A stretch of DNA of 64,000 nucleotides, from NCBI GenBank assembly GCA_047629195.1, contig JBLHWY010000011.1, positions 3,061 to 67,060 on the forward strand, read 5' to 3'. Origin of the DNA: Candidatus Azotimanducaceae bacterium (GTDB lineage Bacteria; Pseudomonadota; Gammaproteobacteria; Pseudomonadales; Azotimanducaceae). The notes below the pieces were generated by a model that was given only the letters and a program-made list of their open reading frames with translations, ran no database searches and was not told where the DNA came from. Positions 37,101 through 46,173 of this stretch are shown piece after piece (the stretch's first letter is position 1; each line of letters begins with the position of its first letter). The position numbers and the translations under genes are program-made.

Positions 37101-39056
37101 ATGTCGGTTTGTACAACAAAAAGTTTATGTGACACTGCGATAAACTGGTTCGGGCTGAGATCGTTGACAAAAGTTGCTTTGCTATTCTTTTCCGTCATGA
37201 GCGTTTCATTAGTATCGGTTGCGAGCGCCGAGGAAATGAGCAATGATGAAATTGATGCCGCACACGCTGAGTCCTTCTTAGGTGACGGTTATCCTTCCGC
37301 GACTGAATGTGGCGAATGCCATCCTAAACAATATAAACAGTGGTCAGTATCGCAACACGCTTATGCTCAAATGAGCCCGATCTTTAATGCGATGCAAGCA
37401 ACTGTGCTTAAGTTTACCGCCGGTACCAATGGTGATTTTTGTATTCGTTGTCATACGCCCGTTGGGATGAATCTCAATGAAGATGTCTTCATGAGTAATA
37501 TTGATCGCCATCCAACATCAAGGGAAGGCGTCACATGTATAGTATGTCATCGATTAAACCAGTCATATGGCAAGGTTAGTGGCCGACTGGCGATTGAGAC
37601 CGGGCCTGTTACTTCTGCAATCTACGGGCCTCTGGGTGAGCCAGCTGAGCTAGACAACGCCATTGATAAAGGCGGTTTAGTTGTCGATAACGACAAAGCA
37701 GGTCGTAAAGTTCATGGTGAAGTTAAAGGCCTATTCCAATTAAATACCTCGGGGTTCTGTGCAACTTGTCATGATGTCAACCTGGTGAATGGTTTTCGCT
37801 TAGAGGAAGCTTTTAGCGAGTTTAAGAACAGCCCTGCCAACGCAAAAGGCGTCACTTGCCAGGATTGTCATATGGGTAAGGAGCCTGGAAAGATCCTTGC
37901 TGAAAAATCAGACCCAGATTTTTATCACAAAAATTATGATTTTGGTCCCGCCGCGAAAGTTGGAAGCCTTGACACGAAAGATCGGAAGCTAACCAATCAC
38001 ATGTTTGTCGGGCCTGACTATTCGGTATTGCCTCCTTCCTTATTCCCACTCGATATTCGGGCAATTAAGGAGGAAAGCGAGAAAGATGACGTTCGAGCAC
38101 GCGGTATGGCAACAATCCGCCAGTGGTTAGAGTTTGACTGGAAAGCAGGTTGGGGTAGCGACGACTTTGAAGACGAAGTTGATGACGATTATGAGTTCCC
38201 TGAACGATGGGCTTCGATTGATGATCGTTACGATGCACGCGAGATCATTGTTGATAATCTGAGGTTGCTCAAAGAAATTGAAATTCAACGGTTGAAGTTG
38301 CTGCAAAACGGCTACTTGATTGGAGATATCGATGTCGTCAAATCAAATTCAGACGGAATCGAATTCGCAGTTCAAGTGAAGAACGGAACCGATGGCCACA
38401 ACGTACCGACTGGTTTTGACGCCGAGAGACTCGTTTGGCTCTATGTCACAGTCACAGACGCTGATGGCAAGGTTGTAAAGACATCTGGAGACCTTGATCC
38501 GAATGGTGACTTATTAGACCTTCACTCAAGCTATGTCCACAATCACGAGCTGCCGCTAGATAAAGAGCTGTTCAGCCTGCAGTCGAAGTTTTTAACCAGA
38601 AATATCGTCGGTGGAGAAAGAGAGCAAGTGCTGCCTGTCAATTACTCCGCAAGCCCATTGATCTTCTTGCGACCTTCGCGTAGCCCAACAGTATTGGTGG
38701 GACGGCCGGGTGGTGCTCGAAAGCACAAGATGGGTATTGAGCCGCTGGGCGAACGCTGGGCGAACTATACCGTCTCATCAGAACAGCTTATTTCAGGTAA
38801 GCCGCCGTTTAAAGCAGTTGTTCAGCTGAAGGCTGCAATGGTGCCGGTTAACCTCGTAAATATTATTAAAGATGTAGGCTTCGACTACAACTTAAGTGCA
38901 AGGGAAGTTGCAGATGTGCTTGCTAATGGGCACGTTGATGAAAACGGCGATGTCGTAATATGGGATGAAGATTCCGATGATCCCGTTGATAATCAAGTGG
39001 CAGGACATCAAGTAATTTGGGAAAAAGAAGTTGATCTGTCCGCGGGTGGACGGTAG
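37101..39056 (+). CDS. Periplasmic pentahaem c-type cytochrome (651 aa)
   Basis: Signal-peptide-like ALLFFSVMSVSLVSVASA. Five CxxCH motifs (CGECH, CIRCH, CIVCH, CATCH, CQDCH). C-terminal domain contains GHNVPTGFDAERL. Confidence 0.85.
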   Translation: MSVCTTKSLCDTAINWFGLRSLTKVALLFFSVMSVSLVSVASAEEMSNDEIDAAHAESFLGDGYPSATECGECHPKQYKQWSVSQHAYAQMSPIFNAMQATVLKFTAGTNGDFCIRCHTPVGMNLNEDVFMSNIDRHPTSREGVTCIVCHRLNQSYGKVSGRLAIETGPVTSAIYGPLGEPAELDNAIDKGGLVVDNDKAGRKVHGEVKGLFQLNTSGFCATCHDVNLVNGFRLEEAFSEFKNSPANAKGVTCQDCHMGKEPGKILAEKSDPDFYHKNYDFGPAAKVGSLDTKDRKLTNHMFVGPDYSVLPPSLFPLDIRAIKEESEKDDVRARGMATIRQWLEFDWKAGWGSDDFEDEVDDDYEFPERWASIDDRYDAREIIVDNLRLLKEIEIQRLKLLQNGYLIGDIDVVKSNSDGIEFAVQVKNGTDGHNVPTGFDAERLVWLYVTVTDADGKVVKTSGDLDPNGDLLDLHSSYVHNHELPLDKELFSLQSKFLTRNIVGGEREQVLPVNYSASPLIFLRPSRSPTVLVGRPGGARKHKMGIEPLGERWANYTVSSEQLISGKPPFKAVVQLKAAMVPVNLVNIIKDVGFDYNLSAREVADVLANGHVDENGDVVIWDEDSDDPVDNQVAGHQVIWEKEVDLSAGGR

Positions 39057-39129
39057 CTATTTACTAGGCAACTTCTTCTAGGCGACTTAGAGCTATACTG
39101 GGTAGTTTGAGTCATATTTGTGTTGAATT

Positions 39130-39181
39130 TAGGCAGTATCGCCAGATTGGTTCGAGGAATTTGCTCATAACCAATCTGGCG
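39130..39181 (+). terminator. Rho-independent terminator after the pentahaem cytochrome gene
   Basis: CGCCAGATTGGTT (39130-39142) pairs with AACCAATCTGGCG (39159-39171), a 13-bp stem followed by TTTGTTGTTT. Confidence 0.65.
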
Positions 39182-39216
39182 TTTGTTGTTTAAAAAGAAT
39201 AATAGGAAAGTGGACG

Positions 39217-40671
39217 ATGGTAATGCGGAAGGATCAGCAGGTGCAAATAGGCAAGGGAAATGTGACGAGGTTCTTGAATCTACTCCCCTGTTTTATTCTT
39301 GGTGCGGGATTGGCGATTTCAAACATTGCACAGGGTGCGGGTTATAGTATTGGACCAGATGGTAAAAGAAGCAGCCGTATTTCTGACGAAGCCGTCGCGG
39401 TGCTCGATCTCGAAAGTATGCCGAGTCGACCCAATCCAATATTGGAGTTAGGTGGCGATTTTCTTGGGCCCGGTAATATTCGCAGAGGTTACGAGTTGCC
39501 CACGGGGGCCGTCTGGCAGCCCACGTTGTTGGTTTTTGGTACTCACCGAAGCGCTCTGCAGACGTTTCATTCCGACGATGAGACAACTGCTGAATTTGCG
39601 AATCGGTTGGATCTTTTTGCAAATTTGCAGCTGACCGCGTCTGAGAGGTTTGTCTTAGGGTTACGCCCGCTAGATGATGAAGGAGAATTTACTTCTTACC
39701 AGTTTGAACCAGACAATGGCTTGCCCGACGATACTGGGTGGCAAGACGAGACAAACGTCAGGGTCAATACTTTCTTTTTTGAAGGAGACTTTGGTGAAAT
39801 TTTTCCTAATTTGTCGAAAGATGACCGAAAAGCGACGGATTATGGCTTTGTGGTTGGACGTCAACCAGTTAACTATCAAGCCGGTTTACTGATTAATGAC
39901 AACATTGATGCAATCGGCGTTACTCGAAACACTTTATTACCGAAAGGCGGATCCGATCTACAGATTACCTTTATGTATGGTTGGAATGAAATTCATCGTG
40001 GTGACAGAATAGAAAGAGAAAACCAAAACCTATATGGTTTGTTCGTCAGCACCGATACGCCCAAAGCAACACAAAATTTCGACTTCCTTTACATGCAAGA
40101 TCGTAATGGTGATACAGACGGTTTCTTCTGGGGTGTCAGTGATGTTCGGAGAATCGGTCACTTTAATCTCTCTAGTCGAATTGTTGGTTCGCAGGCGCTG
40201 GATAAAGAGTCCTCGGCAATTCAAGATGGTACGCTGGTGTTTGCCGAACTATCGTGGACACCTGCTTGGACAGACGACAACATATACATTAACGGGTTCG
40301 CTGGTATCGACAATTTCAGGTCTGCTGCTCGTGATCCGGCGACCGGTGGTCCACTTGGCAGGACTGGCATTCTGTTCGCGGCAATTGGCATGGGGAGATA
40401 TGGTGCCCCTTTGAGCAATGGTGCAGACGGTTCAGTTGGTGGTGCAATTGGGTATCAGATGTTTATTAATCCGATTGTTAATCAATTCATTTTCGAATTA
40501 GGCGCTAGAAAAGGAACCAGAGCAGGGGACGATACATCAATCGCTGCAGGGGCGCGTTACCGGCATGTATTTGGGCAGCATATTGTCGCTCAGGTTGATG
40601 TGTTTGGTGCTCTAAACGAATCCCGGCCCGATTCTTACGGTGGTAGATTTGAATTACGGGTGGAGTTTTGA
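39217..40671 (+). CDS. Putative outer-membrane beta-barrel protein
   Basis: N-terminal signal-like LLPCFILGAGLAISNIAQGA. Alternating Gly/aromatic-rich segments. C-terminus ...GGRFELRVEF with a terminal Phe, typical of OMPs. Confidence 0.55.
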   Translation: MVMRKDQQVQIGKGNVTRFLNLLPCFILGAGLAISNIAQGAGYSIGPDGKRSSRISDEAVAVLDLESMPSRPNPILELGGDFLGPGNIRRGYELPTGAVWQPTLLVFGTHRSALQTFHSDDETTAEFANRLDLFANLQLTASERFVLGLRPLDDEGEFTSYQFEPDNGLPDDTGWQDETNVRVNTFFFEGDFGEIFPNLSKDDRKATDYGFVVGRQPVNYQAGLLINDNIDAIGVTRNTLLPKGGSDLQITFMYGWNEIHRGDRIERENQNLYGLFVSTDTPKATQNFDFLYMQDRNGDTDGFFWGVSDVRRIGHFNLSSRIVGSQALDKESSAIQDGTLVFAELSWTPAWTDDNIYINGFAGIDNFRSAARDPATGGPLGRTGILFAAIGMGRYGAPLSNGADGSVGGAIGYQMFINPIVNQFIFELGARKGTRAGDDTSIAAGARYRHVFGQHIVAQVDVFGALNESRPDSYGGRFELRVEF

Positions 40672-40856
40672 TCCAACAACCTGTAGCTTTACGTACTTGT
40701 AATTTTACGTATTACTAGTAGTCTTAAACAGTAATAACAGACAGCAGATAATGTGACCGGAACGGCGAGTTCCAGAGGCAATCATTTCTAGTTTGTCGAA
40801 GAAATAATAATAAAAATACATTTGATGAATTTTAGAGACAAAAGGCCTAAGCATTT

Positions 40857-42140
40857 ATGATGGCAGCACTGTTGGACAATTTGTGGGTCGGTGGGGCTAT
40901 TATAGTGATAGCCGTTACCGCATATGTACTTGTAGGCGTCACTGGCGCGTTAGCGCGGTTGGCTAACGAGAGACGCGCCAGAGAACAACAGGCAGAACAG
41001 TTTGCTTTGCAGATCAGCGGGGCAAGAAAGCAACAGCAAAAAGAAACGGGTAAATCACTTTCCTGGACCGGTACCCGAAAGTTTACAGTCGCTACCAAAC
41101 ACGTTGAAAGCACTGATGGTCAAGTGTGTTCTTTCTACCTCAAGCCCCATGACGAGAAAGCAATCCCATCATTTGACCCCGGGCAGTTTTTAACTTTTGA
41201 ACTAGACATTCCTGGAGATGAAAAAGACAGTAAGGTTAAACGCTGTTACTCGTTATCTGATGCGCCAAAAGATGGCGTATATCGTGTTTCTATTAAGCGT
41301 GTTCCCGGTCCTCGAGATCAACCGGAAATTCCAGCCGGCCTATCATCTAATTTCTTTCATGACTCGGTCAGCGAAGGCGATATATTGGATGTTCGAGCAC
41401 CGTCAGGAAAGTTCTTCCTGGATATGAACAGTGATCGTCCTATCGTCTTGATTGGCGGTGGAGTTGGACTCACCCCTGTGATGAGCATGCTCAATGCGGT
41501 GATAGCATCGGGTGGCGATAGGGAAGTTTGGTTTTTCTACGGCGTGAGGAATAGTGCTGAACATGCCATGAAAGAGCACCTCGAGCAGGTGGCTGCAGAA
41601 CATTCAAATGTCCGTATGAAAATTTGTTACAGCGCACCTTCTGACGATGATGTAATCGACGAAGACTACCATCATAAATCTCGTGTAGGTGTGCCGCTTT
41701 TTAAAGAGGTCTTACCTTCTAACAATTATCAATATTTAATGTGCGGTCCACCACCAATGATGGAATCATTGGTTTCCGATCTAGAGGAATGGGGTGTACC
41801 TAAACCTGACATAATGAGAGAAAGCTTCGGTCCTGCGTCCGGTCGTAAAGCGCCCGCGATTAAAGCCAATCCAGAGGCGGACGGTCCTGCCGTTTCCTTC
41901 AAAAAGTCAGGAAAATCAGCCCCTTGGGATCCTGCTTTTGATAGTCTCGTGAAATTTGCGGAAGCAAATGGTTGTGATATACCTTATGCCTGTTTGGCGG
42001 GCAATTGCGGTACTTGTGAAACGACCATAATTAGTGGTGAAGTCGACTATCAGGGCAACGACACTGATTTTGAACCAGAGAAAGGGACTTGCCTCGCTTG
42101 CTCCTGCGTTCCTAAGGGACCGATTGAGCTCGATGCATAA
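40857..42140 (+). CDS. Membrane-anchored FAD/NAD(P)H oxidoreductase with a C-terminal plant-type 2Fe-2S ferredoxin domain
   Basis: N-terminal TM segment GGAIIVIAVTAYVLVGVTGAL. FAD motif RCYSLSD. NAD(P) motif LIGGGVGLTPVMSM. CGPPPMM. 2Fe-2S ligands CLAGNCGTCE...CLACSC. Confidence 0.8.
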   Translation: MMAALLDNLWVGGAIIVIAVTAYVLVGVTGALARLANERRAREQQAEQFALQISGARKQQQKETGKSLSWTGTRKFTVATKHVESTDGQVCSFYLKPHDEKAIPSFDPGQFLTFELDIPGDEKDSKVKRCYSLSDAPKDGVYRVSIKRVPGPRDQPEIPAGLSSNFFHDSVSEGDILDVRAPSGKFFLDMNSDRPIVLIGGGVGLTPVMSMLNAVIASGGDREVWFFYGVRNSAEHAMKEHLEQVAAEHSNVRMKICYSAPSDDDVIDEDYHHKSRVGVPLFKEVLPSNNYQYLMCGPPPMMESLVSDLEEWGVPKPDIMRESFGPASGRKAPAIKANPEADGPAVSFKKSGKSAPWDPAFDSLVKFAEANGCDIPYACLAGNCGTCETTIISGEVDYQGNDTDFEPEKGTCLACSCVPKGPIELDA

Positions 42141-42291
42141 GTTCAAGTGATCTATTACCAAATGTAGTAATGAATAGATTGAACCGATCGAATTAAACTG
42201 AGATCGGTAATATAATGAGATTTTTAAAACTAGGTCTGCAAATATAACCCTGCAGACAACGATTACGACAAACCCAGAGAGGTGTTTCACA

Positions 42292-43407
42292 ATGACAGCC
42301 ACGTTACTTCCAAAAAATATTCCTGCAAATGGAATAGGAAAAGCATTCAAGGTGTTGATAGCATCCTGCGTACTTATGGCTTTTAGTGCGTCCGTTTTTT
42401 CAGCAACAGCCGGAACATGGTTGACTGAAGATGAAGAAAAAGCGATGGCCGCGAACATTGTTGGTCCTACCAAGAATGATGACAATTGTTCTTCGTGTCA
42501 TGCTTTAGAAACTGAAGCCTGGGAAAACACGCGTCATTTCGCCACTTTTAAAGATCGTCATCGAACTGACCGAGCAAAAGAAATTCTTGAAAACATGGGC
42601 GAGAGGAGCATGAAACGTGCCGCAGATTGTCGCCAATGTCACTATACTTCTGAATTGAAGAATGACAAATTACGAGCATCTTTTGGTGTGAGTTGTGAAT
42701 CATGTCATGGTGCGGCAAAAGAATGGCTGCCAATCCACTCTAAAGGCGGCGGCGATCTTAGCGCCTCTGATCTTAAATGGGGTACAGGTAAATCTCAGGA
42801 TCCAGCGAGCAGGTTGAAACGACTAGCGGCAGCTGAGGCCAAGGGCATGATCAATTCTGAAATGATTTATGATATCGCTAAAAACTGTTTTGGCTGTCAT
42901 ACCGTTCCGAATGAAAATATTGTCAATACGGGCGCTCACAAAGCCGGAAGCGATTTTGATCTTGTTGCTTGGTCTCAGGGCGAGATTCTCCACAACTTCT
43001 CCAGTTCCGCCGGTGCACCAGATACCCCCAACAACAGACCTTCGACTGCAGAGCAAAAACGACGCCTCTATGTCACAGGCTTAATGGTTGACCTTGAAAC
43101 TTCTCTAGCCAATATCGGTAATGTTAAAGAGAAGGGTGGCAATTTCCACGTGGCAATGGTTGAGAGAGCTAATAAGGTTCGAGGCCAATTAGATGCTGTG
43201 TTAGGTGCTGTTGCGATAAGCGAAATCGCTGCTAGTCTTGGCGCAGTACCTTCACCGATTCAGGAATCTACGATGGTTGGCGCAGACCTCCCGATGAACT
43301 TGGGCATGGCGGCTAAGGCTTTTCTTAATTCACATGACGGGACAGCGCTATCTGCTCTTGATGGCCTGATGCCTACTGAGTATAAAGGTTCACCACACAA
43401 ACAGTAA
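42292..43407 (+). CDS. Periplasmic tetrahaem c-type cytochrome
   Basis: Signal-peptide-like LIASCVLMAFSASVFSA. Four CxxCH motifs (CSSCH, CRQCH, CESCH, CFGCH). Confidence 0.8.
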   Translation: MTATLLPKNIPANGIGKAFKVLIASCVLMAFSASVFSATAGTWLTEDEEKAMAANIVGPTKNDDNCSSCHALETEAWENTRHFATFKDRHRTDRAKEILENMGERSMKRAADCRQCHYTSELKNDKLRASFGVSCESCHGAAKEWLPIHSKGGGDLSASDLKWGTGKSQDPASRLKRLAAAEAKGMINSEMIYDIAKNCFGCHTVPNENIVNTGAHKAGSDFDLVAWSQGEILHNFSSSAGAPDTPNNRPSTAEQKRRLYVTGLMVDLETSLANIGNVKEKGGNFHVAMVERANKVRGQLDAVLGAVAISEIAASLGAVPSPIQESTMVGADLPMNLGMAAKAFLNSHDGTALSALDGLMPTEYKGSPHKQ

Positions 43408-43474
43408 TATGAGCTGAGCGTGTTGTGTTACACAAGAATATAAGCAGCATTATTAATAGCTGTAATTAAAAAGG

Positions 43475-45352
43475 TTGGACGCATTGGCAGAAGTGCAGGC
43501 TCAGTTACAGACTCAAATGAGAGACAAGCCCAAGCGTTGGGATTTGCCATTCAGTAGAGATTTACCGAATGAGATCGAGTGCAGGGATCTAACGGAAAAA
43601 GAGCTTGATGATCTACTTGAAATCGAGCCGTTTTCTAAAATGGATGCCTCCAAATTTCCGAAGTCTTTACCGCTTCGAGAAATTCTACGCAACGATACAC
43701 GGACACGGGTCTATCACAACGGTGATGCTGTTGTTCGTGTAGGTGATTACGGCAATTCTGCTTTCATGATTCTAGAAGGTGATTGCAGAGCCGTTATTGA
43801 AGGTCTTGATCCAAGTGCTTTGGGTCGTGGTAAAAAACAACAACGAAGCGCACTCGACTCTTTAATGAGTCTTTTCTCCAATCCAAAATCTCCCGAAGTC
43901 AGGGATCCGAGCTTGTATCCGCAGTTTGCCGAAGCGCAAACTGCTAAACCTTCTTCAAGTTCAGGTAGAGTTTTTGCACAGGATGTGCCCAACGTACTTG
44001 AGCTTTTCCCTGACACCTATGAAAAAACCCAAAACAATGTCATGCCTCAAGGTAGCCTGTTTGGCGAACTAGGAGCACTTGGCCGGGTTCAGCGAGCAGT
44101 CACTGTGCTTGCTTCCGATCCGACCCGTACGAAACTGTTAGAGATTCGTTGGCAGGGACTAAGAGACTTAATGAAGTTTGATGGCGCGCTAAGAGCGCAC
44201 GTCAACCAATTGTTTCGTTCAAGAGGATTGTTAGGTGCACTTCAAAGCTCACCTTTACTGCAATCTGCGAATCTCACGGCAGAACAGTGGGAACAAGTTG
44301 TTGCGGAGGCTGAGTTCGAGACCTTCGGTTCCTATGACTGGTATGGTAGTTATCAACAGCTACGTCAAAAAGACGTAGATCCTTTGTCTCAAGAACCCAT
44401 TGTTTCGGAAAAAGGCCAGTATCCTAACGGTCTTGTACTCGTCCGCGCAGGCTTTGGTCGACTGAGCCGACAGCACGGTTATGGTGAACATACATTTGGG
44501 TACTTGGGTAAGGGCGATGTCTATGGTCTGTCTGAGCTCATGCACAATGCTGAGTCAGACACTCAGATGGAGCTACAAGCGACCTTGAGGGCTGCTGGTT
44601 ACATGGACGTTGTTCGAATACCGACTCGAACATTTGAGAAGTTGATTTACCCATCGCTTAAGAATGCCCAGTCGCGAGGCGATCTTCCAAACTCAGTTGG
44701 GGGAGAAACCCTAGATAATCGAAGGGATGAGACGATATCTTTACTCGATGTAGATACGAGCAAAGCTGATGTAAAAAAGGCCGAGGCGAAAAAGGCCGAC
44801 GCTGAAAAGAATAATCTCGATCCATCCATGATGGAGTTTTTAGTAGAAAACCGAGTGATCAACGGCACCCAGACGATGCTCATTGATCTGGATCGATGTA
44901 CACGTTGCGATGAGTGTGTCAAAGCATGCGCCAGTGGTCACAGTAACAATCCACGTTTTGTACGCCATGGACGAATTCATAGCCATTATATGGTTGCCAA
45001 CGCCTGCATGCATTGTGAAGATCCTGTTTGCATGATTGGTTGCCCTACCGGCGCTATTCACCGAACAGAAGGTGGTGGTGAAGTTGTAATAAACGATCTG
45101 ACTTGTATTGGCTGCAGCACGTGTGCCAATAGTTGTCCCTACGAAAATATTAGAATGGTCAATGTTAGAGATCAGTCGAATGAGGTCATGCTAGATCCGC
45201 AAAAAGGTCGACCCATTGTAAAGGCTACGAAATGTGATTTATGCGTTAGTCACCATGGTGGTCCGGCGTGTGAGCGAGCATGCCCGCACGATGCCCTAAA
45301 GCGAGTGGACATGAATGATTTGGACTTGCTGTCAGATTGGTTTAATCGATGA
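43475..45352 (+). CDS. Cyclic-nucleotide-binding-domain protein fused to a DmsB/NrfC-like 4x[4Fe-4S] ferredoxin module
   Basis: cNMP signature GSLFGELGALGRVQRAVTVLA, plus a second degenerate domain. Four Cys clusters: CTRCDECVKAC, CMHCEDPVCMIGCP, CIGCSTCANSCP and CDLCVSHHGGPACERACP. No twin-arginine or other signal sequence at the N-terminus. Confidence 0.8.
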   Translation: MDALAEVQAQLQTQMRDKPKRWDLPFSRDLPNEIECRDLTEKELDDLLEIEPFSKMDASKFPKSLPLREILRNDTRTRVYHNGDAVVRVGDYGNSAFMILEGDCRAVIEGLDPSALGRGKKQQRSALDSLMSLFSNPKSPEVRDPSLYPQFAEAQTAKPSSSSGRVFAQDVPNVLELFPDTYEKTQNNVMPQGSLFGELGALGRVQRAVTVLASDPTRTKLLEIRWQGLRDLMKFDGALRAHVNQLFRSRGLLGALQSSPLLQSANLTAEQWEQVVAEAEFETFGSYDWYGSYQQLRQKDVDPLSQEPIVSEKGQYPNGLVLVRAGFGRLSRQHGYGEHTFGYLGKGDVYGLSELMHNAESDTQMELQATLRAAGYMDVVRIPTRTFEKLIYPSLKNAQSRGDLPNSVGGETLDNRRDETISLLDVDTSKADVKKAEAKKADAEKNNLDPSMMEFLVENRVINGTQTMLIDLDRCTRCDECVKACASGHSNNPRFVRHGRIHSHYMVANACMHCEDPVCMIGCPTGAIHRTEGGGEVVINDLTCIGCSTCANSCPYENIRMVNVRDQSNEVMLDPQKGRPIVKATKCDLCVSHHGGPACERACPHDALKRVDMNDLDLLSDWFNR

Positions 45353-46173
45353 TTACGTTTAAGAAGAGACGAACGTGGGGTCTAACGATATCAGTCATTC
45401 TAGGCTCACTGTTTGCCATCGTGATGCTTGCCTATTCGGTGATGCTAAATAACACAGCCTTTTTCTCTGGGTGGGTTTTATTCACCTTGATGATTTTCCT
45501 AACACTTTACAATGCCCGAAAAAAACTGACTTACCCGCCTTTATTTAAATCTGCTAGCTGGATGCAATTTCACATATACGCAGGACTTTTGTCTTTTCTA
45601 GTATTCTTTTTTCATACGGGATGGCGATTGCCTACCGGGATGTTTGAGTCGACCTTGTACTTGATGTTTATTGTCTTAGCGGGTTCCGGATTTATAGGTT
45701 TGTATCTCACTAGAACCGTGCCTAAAAGCCTGGCGCACAGAGGCAACGAGGTTATCTATGAAAGAATCCCTCGTTTCGTAAAAGAATTGAGAGAGCAGGC
45801 CGAGGCATTAGTGATTGAGTCAGTTGGTTTTAACGATTCAACAATCTTATCTGACTACTACAGTGAAAATTTAGCAGAATATATGTCGCGCCCGAGAAGA
45901 TTTGGGTTGCACGTTTTTATGGTAGATAGAATGCGTAATGAGTTCCAACGCGAGTTAGGTGCGCTACACCGCTACATGAACGAAGAAGAACGACGGGTCG
46001 CAACACAACTTTCAGACGTACTTGTGCTCAAAGACGATTTGGATTTTCATTACAGCCGACAAGGTATGTTGAAAGGCTGGTTGTTTCTTCATGTACCACT
46101 AACCTACGGCCTACTAATCTTTGCTGCTGCCCACATGGTGCTTGTGCACGCGTTTTATGGGGGATTGTCGTGA
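45349..46173 (+). CDS. Five-TM membrane protein with two His-x13-His pairs (candidate dihaem b-type transmembrane electron carrier)
   Basis: The start overlaps the upstream stop (ATGA). TM3 is FHIYAGLLSFLVFFFH. TM5 is LHVPLTYGLLIFAAAHMVLVH. A soluble loop of about 120 aa separates TM4 and TM5. Confidence 0.7.
   Translation: MITFKKRRTWGLTISVILGSLFAIVMLAYSVMLNNTAFFSGWVLFTLMIFLTLYNARKKLTYPPLFKSASWMQFHIYAGLLSFLVFFFHTGWRLPTGMFESTLYLMFIVLAGSGFIGLYLTRTVPKSLAHRGNEVIYERIPRFVKELREQAEALVIESVGFNDSTILSDYYSENLAEYMSRPRRFGLHVFMVDRMRNEFQRELGALHRYMNEEERRVATQLSDVLVLKDDLDFHYSRQGMLKGWLFLHVPLTYGLLIFAAAHMVLVHAFYGGLS

Noticed and set aside
41916-42485. 189-aa minus-strand ORF spanning the reductase 3' end and the tetrahaem cytochrome 5' end
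   Set aside because: It overlaps two well-supported plus-strand genes and their intergenic region. No domain or RBS is recognisable.
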